Shown here: piece by piece, positions 18,338 through 27,815 of the stretch
Numbering within the stretch: position 1 is the first letter of the stretch
How the letters are laid out: every line of letters starts with the position of its first letter
Source: a virus
Lineage: Duplodnaviria; Heunggongvirae; Uroviricota; Caudoviricetes
Reading direction: 5' to 3' (one strand)
IMG/VR virus record: IMGVR_UViG_2897375277_000004
DNA: 30,827 nucleotides
Notes under the pieces: model-generated
Databases searched by the model: none
The model's input: the letters and a program-made list of their open reading frames with translations, nothing else
What the model was told of the DNA's origin: nothing
Translations under genes and position numbers: made by a program

Positions 18338-19192
18338 TCAGCAGTTCGTCATCAGGGCGTCACCGCCACCACCGGTGGCCTTGCTGCGGCGCTGCTGGGT
18401 CAGACTTTCGGTGTGGTCGAGACTGTTTTTCAGGCGGGTGAATGCCTGGCTGGTTTCATCCGCCCTGTCAGTCACATCCTGCTTAAGTGCGGAAAAAGCG
18501 GTTTCCATCTCAGCGAGGCGCTGCTCAGTGGCGCTCAGTTTTTCCTGCACATGTTCAGCAACAGCGGTCACCGCTTCATGCACATCATTCAGACGGGCGT
18601 CATCGCTGGCCTGTTTGCGGCCAAAAATGGATTTCACCTTTTCAGTCAGGGCGGTGAACACGGTTTCAGGCAGGTCTTCAAATTCCAGCTCAACAGGCGT
18701 TGCCACTGAAATCAGGTTTTCAGGGCTTAATTTGAAGCGGTTCAGAGGGTTGTGTTTTGCCGTGCGGCAGAATTCCAGGTATTCCGTGCCGAGGCTTGCC
18801 GGGTCATCGGTGACGGCCAGACCCACCAGATAACATTTGCCTGTATTGGCAAAGTTCGGCTGAATTTCCATTGAGGTATAGACCTTCTGCGCGGCCTTGT
18901 TCATTGCGATAAGGTCATCGGTCGGGGTGATTTTCGCAAACAGCGCCCATTTGCCTTTCAGCGCCGAATCATCGTCAATCTTTTCGGCCTTCAGTTCGGC
19001 CACATCGCCATAACGCTTAAAAATACCGTCAGGCAGGATGCCGCGCAGATGTTCCAGGTTAATGCGGCAACCATAGACACGCGGGTCAAAGGTTTCGGCC
19101 ATTTCCTGAATATCCTGCGCACTGATGACACGCCCGTCACAGGTGTCACCCTCAACGCCGATACGAAAGAATTTTGAGACTTTTTTTGCCAT
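18338..19192 (-). CDS. O: Capsid scaffolding protein O
   Basis: 284-aa product from internal Met (MAKKVSKFFRIG...); P2 gpO length. Confidence 0.9.
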   Translation of the reverse strand: MAKKVSKFFRIGVEGDTCDGRVISAQDIQEMAETFDPRVYGCRINLEHLRGILPDGIFKRYGDVAELKAEKIDDDSALKGKWALFAKITPTDDLIAMNKAAQKVYTSMEIQPNFANTGKCYLVGLAVTDDPASLGTEYLEFCRTAKHNPLNRFKLSPENLISVATPVELEFEDLPETVFTALTEKVKSIFGRKQASDDARLNDVHEAVTAVAEHVQEKLSATEQRLAEMETAFSALKQDVTDRADETSQAFTRLKNSLDHTESLTQQRRSKATGGGGDALMTNC

Positions 19193-19365
19193 TGTCAGGA
19201 GTCCTGAATAGTGATTAGAGGAGTCACATGTCGGCATCAGTTTCCCGACGATGCGCATCCTCCGCCATCAGTCCCGGATGGCTTATCACTGACACAACAG
19301 CACCTTAGCGAATCGCGTGGCGCGACTCAGTAGCCTTGCCGTGTATTCATCACGGCGAGGTATTC
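19193..19365. promoter_or_regulatory. Divergent late-promoter region (P_O leftward, P_P rightward), expected Ogr-dependent
   Basis: Non-coding gap between divergently transcribed O and P, as in P2; exact -10 and Ogr sites not resolved by eye. Confidence 0.4.
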
Positions 19366-21138
19366 ATGACCATCACCACAGACACCACTCTTTTACACGA
19401 CCCGCGTCGTCAGGCGGCGCTGCTGTACTGGCAGGGGTTTTCCGTGCCGCAGATTGCCGCCATGTTGCAGATGAAACGCCCGACGGTGCAGAGCTGGAAA
19501 CAGCGCGACGGCTGGGACAGCGTTGCCCCCATCAGCCGTGTCGAAATGAGTCTGGAAGCGCGGCTGACCCAGCTCATCATCAAACCGCAGAAAACCGGCG
19601 GTGACTTCAAGGAAATTGACCTGCTGGGACGTCAGATTGAACGACTGGCACGGGTAAACCGCTACAGTCAGACCGGCAACGAGGCAGACCTTAATCCGAA
19701 CGTCGCTAACCGCAACAAAGGCGGGCGCCGCAAACCGAAAAAGAATTTTTTCAGTGACGAGGCCATCGAAAAGCTGGAGCAGATTTTCTTTGAGCAGTCT
19801 TTCGAATATCAGTTGCACTGGTATCGCGCCGGGCTTGAGCACCGCATCCGCGATATCCTGAAATCCCGCCAGATTGGCGCGACGTTTTATTTTTCCCGCG
19901 AGGCGCTGCTGCGCGCCCTGAAAACCGGTCATAACCAGATTTTTCTGTCGGCCAGTAAAACACAGGCGTATGTGTTCCGCGAATACATCATCGCCTTTGC
20001 CCGGCTGGTTGACGTTGACCTGACCGGTGACCCGATTGTCCTGGGCAATAACGGCGCAAAACTGATTTTTCTCGGCACCAACTCCAACACCGCACAGAGC
20101 CATAACGGTGACCTGTACGTCGACGAGATTTTCTGGATCCCGAATTTTCAGGTACTGCGTAAGGTGGCATCAGGTATGGCCTCACAGAGCCACCTGCGCT
20201 CTACCTATTTCTCCACCCCGTCCACGCTGGCGCACGACGCCTACCCGTTCTGGTCGGGTGAACTGTTCAACCGGGGACGCGCCAGCGCCGCCGAACGTGT
20301 GGAAATCGACGTCAGTCATAACGCCCTTGCCGGTGGGCTTCTCTGTGCGGACGGCCAGTGGCGGCAGATTGTCACCATTGAGGACGCCCTGAAAGGTGGC
20401 TGCACGCTGTTCGACATTGAGCAGCTTAAACGCGAAAACAGCGCCGACGATTTTAAAAACCTGTTCATGTGTGAATTTGTTGACGACAAGGCGTCGGTGT
20501 TCCCGTTCGAGGAGCTGCAACGCTGCATGGTCGACACGCTGGAAGAATGGGAAGACTATGCGCCGTTTGCCGCGAATCCGTTCGGCTCACGTCCGGTATG
20601 GATTGGTTACGACCCGTCACACCGTGGCGACAGCGCCGGATGCGTGGTGCTGGCACCGCCGGTGGTGGCCGGTGGCAAATTCAGAATACTTGAGCGTCAC
20701 CAGTGGAAAGGCATGGACTTTGCCACCCAGGCGGAATCCATCCGCAAACTCACCGAAAAATACAACGTCGAATACATCGGTATTGATGCCACCGGCCTCG
20801 GTGTCGGCGTGTTCCAGCTCGTGCGCTCGTTCTATCCCGCCGCGCGCGATATCCGCTACACGCCGGAAATGAAAACCGCAATGGTGCTCAAGGCAAAAGA
20901 CGTTATCCGTCGTGGCTGTCTGGAATATGACGTCAGCGCCACCGACATCACCAGCTCGTTTATGGCTATCCGCAAGACCATGACCAGCAGCGGACGCAGC
21001 GCCACCTATGAGGCCAGCCGCAGCGAGGAAGCCAGCCACGCCGACCTCGCCTGGGCGACCATGCACGCCCTGTTAAATGAGCCACTCACCGCCGGGATCA
21101 GCACCCCGCTGACATCCACCATTCTGGAGTTTTACTGA
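19366..21138 (+). CDS. P: Terminase ATPase (large) subunit P
   Basis: 590-aa product from Met at 19366 (MTITTDTTLLHD...) with GAGG SD; P2 gpP length; stop overlaps Q start (ATGA). Confidence 0.92.
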   Translation: MTITTDTTLLHDPRRQAALLYWQGFSVPQIAAMLQMKRPTVQSWKQRDGWDSVAPISRVEMSLEARLTQLIIKPQKTGGDFKEIDLLGRQIERLARVNRYSQTGNEADLNPNVANRNKGGRRKPKKNFFSDEAIEKLEQIFFEQSFEYQLHWYRAGLEHRIRDILKSRQIGATFYFSREALLRALKTGHNQIFLSASKTQAYVFREYIIAFARLVDVDLTGDPIVLGNNGAKLIFLGTNSNTAQSHNGDLYVDEIFWIPNFQVLRKVASGMASQSHLRSTYFSTPSTLAHDAYPFWSGELFNRGRASAAERVEIDVSHNALAGGLLCADGQWRQIVTIEDALKGGCTLFDIEQLKRENSADDFKNLFMCEFVDDKASVFPFEELQRCMVDTLEEWEDYAPFAANPFGSRPVWIGYDPSHRGDSAGCVVLAPPVVAGGKFRILERHQWKGMDFATQAESIRKLTEKYNVEYIGIDATGLGVGVFQLVRSFYPAARDIRYTPEMKTAMVLKAKDVIRRGCLEYDVSATDITSSFMAIRKTMTSSGRSATYEASRSEEASHADLAWATMHALLNEPLTAGISTPLTSTILEFY

Positions 21139-22172
21139 TGAGCAAGAAAAAAGGGAAAACACCGCAACCTGCGGCAAAAACAATGACCGCCAGCGCCCCG
21201 AAAATGGAGGCATTCACCTTTGGTGAGCCGGTGCCGGTACTCGACCGCCGTGACATTCTGGATTACGTCGAGTGCATCAGTAACGGCAGATGGTATGAGC
21301 CGCCGGTCAGCTTTACCGGTCTGGCAAAAAGCCTGCGTGCTGCCGTGCATCACAGCTCCCCGATTTACGTCAAACGTAATATTCTGGCCTCGACATTTAT
21401 CCCGCATCCGTGGCTGTCCCAGCAGGATTTCAGCCGCTTTGTGCTGGATTTTCTGGTGTTCGGTAATGCGTTTCTGGAAAAGCGTTACAGCACCACCGGT
21501 AAGGTCATCAGACTGGAAACCTCACCGGCAAAATATACCCGCCGTGGCGTGGAGGAGGATGTTTACTGGTGGGTGCCGTCCTTCAACGAGCCGACACCTT
21601 TCACGCCCGGCTCCGTGTTTCACCTGCTGGAGCCGGATATCAATCAGGAGCTGTACGGCCTGCCAGAATATCTCAGCGCCCTTAACTCTGCCTGGCTGAA
21701 TGAGTCGGCCACGCTGTTCCGCCGCAAGTATTACGAAAACGGCGCACATGCCGGATATATCATGTATATCACCGACGCATTGCAGGATCGCGATTACATT
21801 GACTCACTTCGCGAAAACATGGCCAAGTCGAAAGGACGCAATAACTTTAATAATCTGTTTCTCTATGCACCACAGGGAAAGCCAGACGGCATCAAAATTA
21901 TCCCGCTCAGTGAAGTGGCGACAAAGGACGATTTTTTTAATATCAAAAAATCCAGCGCCGCTGACCTGCTGGACGCGCACCGCATCCCCTTTCAGTTGAT
22001 GGGCGGCAAGCCGGAGAACGTCGGGTCACTGGGAGATATTGAGAAAGTGGCAAAGGTCTTTGTCCGCAATGAGCTTATCCCGTTACAGGACAGGATCCGC
22101 GAGATAAACGGCTGGCTCGGTCAGGAGGTCATCCGCTTTAAAAACTACTCACTGGACACTGACAACGGCTGA
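21138..22172 (+). CDS. Q: Portal protein Q
   Basis: 344-aa ORF; P2 gpQ length; adjacent to cos. Confidence 0.92.
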   Translation: MSKKKGKTPQPAAKTMTASAPKMEAFTFGEPVPVLDRRDILDYVECISNGRWYEPPVSFTGLAKSLRAAVHHSSPIYVKRNILASTFIPHPWLSQQDFSRFVLDFLVFGNAFLEKRYSTTGKVIRLETSPAKYTRRGVEEDVYWWVPSFNEPTPFTPGSVFHLLEPDINQELYGLPEYLSALNSAWLNESATLFRRKYYENGAHAGYIMYITDALQDRDYIDSLRENMAKSKGRNNFNNLFLYAPQGKPDGIKIIPLSEVATKDDFFNIKKSSAADLLDAHRIPFQLMGGKPENVGSLGDIEKVAKVFVRNELIPLQDRIREINGWLGQEVIRFKNYSLDTDNG

Positions 22173-22176
22173 ACAT

Positions 22177-22199
22177 CGCCGCCTGCGGGCGGCTTTTTT
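22177..22199 (+). terminator. Rho-independent terminator after Q
   Basis: GCCGCC-TGCG-GGCGGC hairpin immediately followed by TTTTTT, 5 nt after the Q stop. Confidence 0.75.
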
Positions 22200-22341
22200 A
22201 CACCCCGTCAGCACGCCCTCACACGCTCACCTCCGCGCAAAACAGCTCGCAGACAAACCAACGCCCCGGCACACAATCTAAACGCCATCACGACGCGCTC
22301 AGACGCTGAAAAAATAAAATCAGCACCACTGCCAGCGCGCG

Positions 22342-22360
22342 GTGCTTTCCCCGCCTCGCC
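22342..22360. other. cos site, 19-nt cohesive-end sequence
   Basis: Plus strand gtgctttccccgcctcgcc is the reverse complement of GGCGAGGCGGGGAAAGCAC, the P2 cohesive end as I recall it; located next to Q as in P2. Confidence 0.8.
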
Positions 22361-22602
22361 CGCCCGCTTCATGGGTCGGTTTTAATGCAGTTGCATTCGT
22401 ATACACACACCTTACCCAACAAAGTGTTCATCTTAGGTTTTAGACCACAAAATCAAATGCAAAATCATGCAACTGAAAGCTTGGCTGTGGCTTGAAAATG
22501 TTACTCATCTAAGGTAGATCTTTTGTAATTGCCATGTCTTTTCCAGAGCAATTTTTGACCAGTTTTCATATATACACACACAAACAATAGAGAAAAATAA
22601 AA

Positions 22603-24810
22603 ATGGAACTTAGTCTAAAAAATGTAACAAGCTACGACAAAAATAAATATACGAAAATATCCCTCGAAAAAAGAATAAATATCCTTTACGGGCAAAACGG
22701 AGCTGGGAAATCTACCATATCAAATTTTTTCTATAATCCAGCAGACGATGACTATAGGGACTGCCGCTGCACAAACATTAATAACTATCGTCCATTGGTT
22801 TATAATACAAAGTTCATTGAAGACAACTTCTTTGATAAAGATGTTCAAAAAGGGATTTTTACATTAAGCAAAGAAAATACCGAGATCGAAAAAGAGATAA
22901 GTAAGAAAAGAGAAATAGTTAAAACATTAAAAATAAAACTAGAGGCAACAAAAACAAATTATCAAAAAATTAAAGACCGCAATCATGATGCAGAAACAAG
23001 TTGTACTGAATCAATATGGTTAAATACCGAATACATAAGAAACTCTGATGTCAACTCATTAATGGCAGGGTACCTTAAGAATAAAAGAAACCTTTTCACA
23101 AAGGTAAAGTCTTCTATTAGATTATCTGATATAGATTTAAATCAATTATTAACTGACTACAGAGAGTTATTGAATCATAAAAACACCACCATACAAACAA
23201 TATCTCCATATAATCCTTATCCTATTTCTTTTGATGATGAAAATTTATTAAAGACTCCTGTCATTGATTCTAGCAATAGCTATCTATCAGAAACAATCAA
23301 AAAGCTTCAGAATCTCGATTGGGTTAAAAAAGGTAAAGAAAATTATTTAGTTGGCGACATTTGCCCTTTTTGTCAAAAAGAAACCATTGATGATAAATTC
23401 ACAGAGGCGCTCGAGCAAATTTTTGATGAAAGCTACGCTCAGAAAATAACATCAATTGAAAAATTAAAATATATTTATGAATTAACTACTCAAGAACAAC
23501 TTCAATTACTAAAAACACAGTTAAATGACTGTACAGCAATCTCAATTGAAGAAAGAAAAACTAGTCTTGCTCACATTTCTTCCCTTGAGAAAATGCTAAA
23601 AAGTAACATTGAGTTAATTAATAACAAGATACAAAACCCGTCACTCAGCGTAACTCTTGATAAAGATAAAGATATTGAGGAATCTCTTCTAAAAGACATA
23701 AAACAATATAACTCTAGAATTAATGACCTTAATGAAAAGGTAAAACAATTTAACCTTACTCAAGATAAAATAAAAAATCAGTTTTGGGGAGCATTGAGAA
23801 ACTACTGCAATACAGACTTTGAAGTTTTAGAGAAAATTCAAGCCGAAAACGACATCATTATCAAGAGTCTCGAAGAAAGCATTGATTCTATTAACAAAGA
23901 AATCAAACACACTGATGATGAAATAAAGGAATTAAGAAATAAAACATCCAATATCGACGCAACAATCTCCTCGATAAACTCAAAATTAAAAAACCTTGGC
24001 ATTACCTGTTTCTACATTGATAAACATCCAACCATAAAAAATAGTTTCGTTATAGTTCGCTCAGATAATACACCAAGTAAAAATGTATATAGATCTCTTA
24101 GCGAAGGTGAAAAAACTCTCATTACATTTCTCTATTTTATTGAATATTGTAAGGGACAAACAAACACAGATGAATTCGACAACCGAGACAGTTTAATCGT
24201 CATTGACGATCCTATTTCAAGTCTCTCTCAGAACTATATCTATGATATAGCATCGATGATTCACTATGACATTTTCACTTCTGCTAATAAAGTGATAATC
24301 CTCACTCATAATCTATATTTTTTTCATGAGCTAATAAAGTTAGCTCCAATTTCAGAAAGGAAATTCAATAGCACCTATCAGCTTTTTAGAATAACAAAAA
24401 ACCTACATAGTTCTTTTTCTAACATCAGCAGAGATAGTTTGCAAAATGAATATCAATCTTTATGGCAAATACTCAAGGATGCCAGAGATGGAAAAGTTCA
24501 CAATGTAGTTATCCCTAATACAATGAGAAACATCTTAGAATATTACTTTGCATTTGTTCATAAAACTAACGAGTTACAAGAAGAATTGAACAAGCTTGCA
24601 CAAAATGAAAGCAATAGTAATTTTAAGGCTTTCTATAGATATATAAATAGAGGTTCACACTCAGATTCGATAAACATAACAGATATGGGTGAAATAACAC
24701 CCGACATATACATCACACAATTTAAAGAGATATTTAGACTTATGGGAGATATTTCACATTTTAATAAAATGTATGAAGAGAAAAAGAATATAGAAGACAC
24801 TACCGCTTAG
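22603..24810 (+). CDS. Cargo protein (735 aa): Rad50/SMC-like ABC ATPase with coiled coil, CxxC hook and C-terminal extra domain; candidate defence effector
   Basis: Walker A GQNGAGKST (aa 30-38), long Lys/Glu-rich predicted coiled coil, CPFC (aa 254-257), signature-like LSEGEK (aa 499-504), Walker B LIVIDD (aa 531-536), H-loop LTHN (aa 567-570), ~165-aa C-terminal region; very AT-rich. Confidence 0.85.
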   Translation: MELSLKNVTSYDKNKYTKISLEKRINILYGQNGAGKSTISNFFYNPADDDYRDCRCTNINNYRPLVYNTKFIEDNFFDKDVQKGIFTLSKENTEIEKEISKKREIVKTLKIKLEATKTNYQKIKDRNHDAETSCTESIWLNTEYIRNSDVNSLMAGYLKNKRNLFTKVKSSIRLSDIDLNQLLTDYRELLNHKNTTIQTISPYNPYPISFDDENLLKTPVIDSSNSYLSETIKKLQNLDWVKKGKENYLVGDICPFCQKETIDDKFTEALEQIFDESYAQKITSIEKLKYIYELTTQEQLQLLKTQLNDCTAISIEERKTSLAHISSLEKMLKSNIELINNKIQNPSLSVTLDKDKDIEESLLKDIKQYNSRINDLNEKVKQFNLTQDKIKNQFWGALRNYCNTDFEVLEKIQAENDIIIKSLEESIDSINKEIKHTDDEIKELRNKTSNIDATISSINSKLKNLGITCFYIDKHPTIKNSFVIVRSDNTPSKNVYRSLSEGEKTLITFLYFIEYCKGQTNTDEFDNRDSLIVIDDPISSLSQNYIYDIASMIHYDIFTSANKVIILTHNLYFFHELIKLAPISERKFNSTYQLFRITKNLHSSFSNISRDSLQNEYQSLWQILKDARDGKVHNVVIPNTMRNILEYYFAFVHKTNELQEELNKLAQNESNSNFKAFYRYINRGSHSDSINITDMGEITPDIYITQFKEIFRLMGDISHFNKMYEEKKNIEDTTA

Positions 24811-25040
24811 GCCGCATATCATCTCATCGTGTTGGGTAAGAACGGCGGTGTTTACGCACCGTCTCCCAACGTCCGAAACGATAGCGGTTGTACTGACGTA
24901 CTCTCACTAGTTTCAACATGAGTTTATCTCCATGTCAGCACAATTGTTGCCAATTGCAGCCTTTATACCCTATGCATAAAGCGTATACACTGAGCATTCC
25001 ATGGGATATCCCAAGCGGTAGCCTGAGCATTTTATGGTAA

Positions 25041-27329
25041 TTACTCAAAAAGATCAAAGTGTTCAGCAAAACCACTCCAGTCATGGCTATCCGTGAATGC
25101 AAAATTTTGTCCCTCATAACTAACAGTAGCGCCTCGTGCCAACACTTCGAGCTCCCATCGCTGCGGCCTGATACCCTTTTGAGCAAGGTCAACACGGATA
25201 CGGGTAATTTGCATTCGTTCCGACCTGGTCAGTCTGGCCGATGGTGCCATTTCATATGGTTTTAACGGGCTTCCGTTTCTTTGCTGACGGTTTTGCGTTC
25301 TCCGATCGTGTTTTAATGCGCCCCTGAGCGCCCTCACAACCTCCGGGTCATTCCATTCTATAACCCCGTCATCAACCAGATTAAGCACTGCTGCAGCGTG
25401 CTCAGACGGTGTGGGAGCCTGTAATGAAGTATCACCACCGGTGAGCTTTCCACAGTTATTGACAGGACTCCGAGGCGCGGCGATGCCGCTTTTTAAAGTC
25501 AAAGGCTCAACGACCGGCACTTTCGGCACAATGCGCCAGTCCGTGGTTCTGGTGATATGAATATGACGCGCGCCGAGATGCGGCGCGTAAATGCCGACCA
25601 CTCTCTCGACTTCTTCCTCGTACTCGTTAACGTCATCCGACGGGCTACGGGCGACCCTGACAGTCTGACAATCGCGCGGGACATTTGCCCCGCCCTGCGC
25701 GCTGATATACAACGCAAAATCACCACTGTCTGCAGCGGCGCGTGCAGCCTCGACGCGCTCGTCAAACTCATCAGCAATGCTGACGCCGCGAGGCAATTTG
25801 CGTAGTTCACGGTAAGCCCCCATTGTCGGCAGACCAACCGTTTTAAATTGCGGGATGCGCCACGTTGACGCCCATGCGGTAACAGCCGCGGCAGTATCTT
25901 TCAGCGGTCTGCCGGTATCATTATCGAGCTGACCATCCAGTGCATAGCCGTCGATATTTTTTGAGATGTATTTCGCGATATACCCCGCAGCACCGCCCCG
26001 GTTAAGATGTTTTGCCTGAAAACGGTTTCGCGCGGCTCCTCTTTCGTCTCCATCCTCTTTGAGCGCGTAGCGACGCATGATTTCAATAATCTGGTTACGC
26101 TGGCGTGGATTACAAAAAAGCATCATATGCCAGTGCGGCGTTCCGTCGTGGTGTGGCTCGACGACACGCAAACCGTAGACCTGTAAATCATTATCCTTGA
26201 ATGCCGTGCGCATCAGGCTCCAGATACGGCAGAGATAACGCTGCGCATCCTTTGGATTAAATGCCTCATCGTTCCAGCCGTGATTAAGCTGCACGGTTTT
26301 ACTTTCGCCTTTTCCGACCTGACGTGTCGGGTGATACTTTGACGGCGCGGTCAGCGTGATAAACATCCCCACATCACCCTCTGCAGCGGCGTAACGCTCA
26401 ATACCGGCAATGGTGTTCATCAGCTCCATCCGGCGAATTTCAGGATTAGAAATACTGCCCATCACCTTACTGATAAGGTCGATGCGCTCGCCGGTTTCCC
26501 TGTTCTCAAGGTCACACGATTTAAGAAACTCCAGATTTGCCTGGCGGCGCGCACGCACATCACGAATGGCATGTTTACTGGCATAAGGAGAACGGTCTTT
26601 ATTGACCTCCCCGACAGCAATCAGTAACGCCTCATGCCAGCGCATACGCTGGCCTTTAAGCTGATGAGTCCACCACTCATCGTTAAACAGGCGGACAATG
26701 GCAGAATATGCCTGCCTCGTGGTCATCTGTCCTTTACGGTATTTTTTCCAGTAGAGAGGGGAAATATTGAAAGCACGTGCAGCGCCAGCAACATGACCAT
26801 AGAGGTGAGCCTGCGCCTCATCCGTAAACAGCGATTCTTTCTCGCCATGCGCATCCACCCAGGCATCGCAGAGTTCCTCATACATCATGAAAAGCTGTGA
26901 TGAGATACGGGCGGCAAACTTTTTCAGCTCCTTGTCATTCATTCCCGGCAGGCGCGCATAGTGGTCACGCTCTGCCAGAAACAGCAACGACGCGTCGGTG
27001 TTCATTTCATGGCGCTGATTCACGCGCTCAATGCGCGGCCATAAACGACGCTGAAAAGTGGATGTGAGGAAATAAAACCCGTGCACCGGGCTTTTATTGC
27101 GCCGGATGTAGTCATAGCGTGAAGTAAACAGCGAGCGCAAAAAGTAAGGCAGGCGGTTAATCGTGGATAAAACACCTTGCACCTGACGCATCTCGTCACG
27201 TGTAAGGGGTCTTTCGCGCCCGACAGCCTCGCGTGGCGCGTTCCATGCATAAGCACCGGTAAACGTCTTACCGGTGCCTGCGGCAAATGCTGACGGAGGG
27301 ACAAAACGCCCGGAGGCTTTAACGGCCAT
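25041..27329 (-). CDS. A: Replication initiation protein A (rolling-circle initiator)
   Basis: About 762 aa from Met at 27329 (MAVKASGRF...); P2 gpA size and position; longest ORF starts 14 codons upstream at 27371. Confidence 0.9.
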   Translation of the reverse strand: MAVKASGRFVPPSAFAAGTGKTFTGAYAWNAPREAVGRERPLTRDEMRQVQGVLSTINRLPYFLRSLFTSRYDYIRRNKSPVHGFYFLTSTFQRRLWPRIERVNQRHEMNTDASLLFLAERDHYARLPGMNDKELKKFAARISSQLFMMYEELCDAWVDAHGEKESLFTDEAQAHLYGHVAGAARAFNISPLYWKKYRKGQMTTRQAYSAIVRLFNDEWWTHQLKGQRMRWHEALLIAVGEVNKDRSPYASKHAIRDVRARRQANLEFLKSCDLENRETGERIDLISKVMGSISNPEIRRMELMNTIAGIERYAAAEGDVGMFITLTAPSKYHPTRQVGKGESKTVQLNHGWNDEAFNPKDAQRYLCRIWSLMRTAFKDNDLQVYGLRVVEPHHDGTPHWHMMLFCNPRQRNQIIEIMRRYALKEDGDERGAARNRFQAKHLNRGGAAGYIAKYISKNIDGYALDGQLDNDTGRPLKDTAAAVTAWASTWRIPQFKTVGLPTMGAYRELRKLPRGVSIADEFDERVEAARAAADSGDFALYISAQGGANVPRDCQTVRVARSPSDDVNEYEEEVERVVGIYAPHLGARHIHITRTTDWRIVPKVPVVEPLTLKSGIAAPRSPVNNCGKLTGGDTSLQAPTPSEHAAAVLNLVDDGVIEWNDPEVVRALRGALKHDRRTQNRQQRNGSPLKPYEMAPSARLTRSERMQITRIRVDLAQKGIRPQRWELEVLARGATVSYEGQNFAFTDSHDWSGFAEHFDLFE

Positions 27330-27594
27330 ATGAGCCAAAAGCCTCTGAACAACGCTTGCTGAGTTGCTCAACCTGCGCGTTTAAATCAGCAAAAGACTTT
27401 GCGCTTCCGGTCAGAATATCGTGATGCATCAGGCCGGAAACGAGCTGGCTTAATTTCGGGTAATAACCAACCACCGACAGCCATTCCTGACCGGCGTTTT
27501 TACCGCTTTCCGCTCTCTTTTTCTCGTGGAGAATAAACTGAAAGCTGTCACTGGTAATGACATAACGTTCGCCAATTTCAATACGAATACTCAT
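27319..27594 (-). CDS. Small early-region protein, function unknown
   Basis: 91-aa ORF in the A-proximal early operon, tightly packed with neighbours. Confidence 0.6.
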   Translation of the reverse strand: MSIRIEIGERYVITSDSFQFILHEKKRAESGKNAGQEWLSVVGYYPKLSQLVSGLMHHDILTGSAKSFADLNAQVEQLSKRCSEAFGSYGR

Positions 27595-27815
27595 GCCGTT
27601 CTCCGGTAATGTTTGTTTTTTGCTTCAAAGACTGACTGACAGGAAACACAACGCGTGGCTGACGGATAAGCCGCACGACGGGCAGCAGGTATTGGCGCAT
27701 CACACTCTTCGCAAACCAGCGAAGAAACACCGCAATGTTTTACCCTTGCCGCGTTAATCTGGCGCTCCAGTAATTCAGCCTGTTGTTCCTGAATAAAATC
27801 TACGTTGTCCGGCAT
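27591..27815 (-). CDS. DksA/TraR-type C4 zinc-finger protein
   Basis: 74-aa ORF with CEEC ... CVSC cysteine pairs. Confidence 0.75.
   Translation of the reverse strand: MPDNVDFIQEQQAELLERQINAARVKHCGVSSLVCEECDAPIPAARRAAYPSATRCVSCQSVFEAKNKHYRRTA

Noticed and set aside
19336-19365. Upstream ATG for terminase P (MPCIHHGEVF...)
   Set aside because: The Met at 19366 has a GAGG SD and gives the 590-aa P2-length product; the upstream ATG lies in the late-promoter region.
19393-21066. Minus-strand ORFs of 236 aa (19393..20103) and 149 aa (20617..21066) inside terminase gene P, and plus-strand 159-aa ORF (21220..21699) inside Q
   Set aside because: Overlap conserved terminase/portal coding sequence on the opposite strand or another frame; typical GC-rich shadow ORFs.
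22386-22499. Short 37-codon plus-strand ORF in the leader after cos
   Set aside because: No ribosome-binding site and very AT-rich leader; more likely regulatory DNA than a gene.
24811-24870. Imperfect hairpin GTTGGG...CCCAAC downstream of the 735-aa gene, considered as its terminator
   Set aside because: Interrupted stem and no following T-run; may be a weak structure only.
24935-25195. 86-aa minus-strand ORF overlapping the 3' end of A
   Set aside because: Largely inside the A coding region in another frame; likely spurious.
27330-27371. Longer 776-aa start for gene A
   Set aside because: The internal Met at 27329 (MAVKASGRF...) gives a P2-like length and reduces overlap with the upstream small ORF; the longer form is not excluded.
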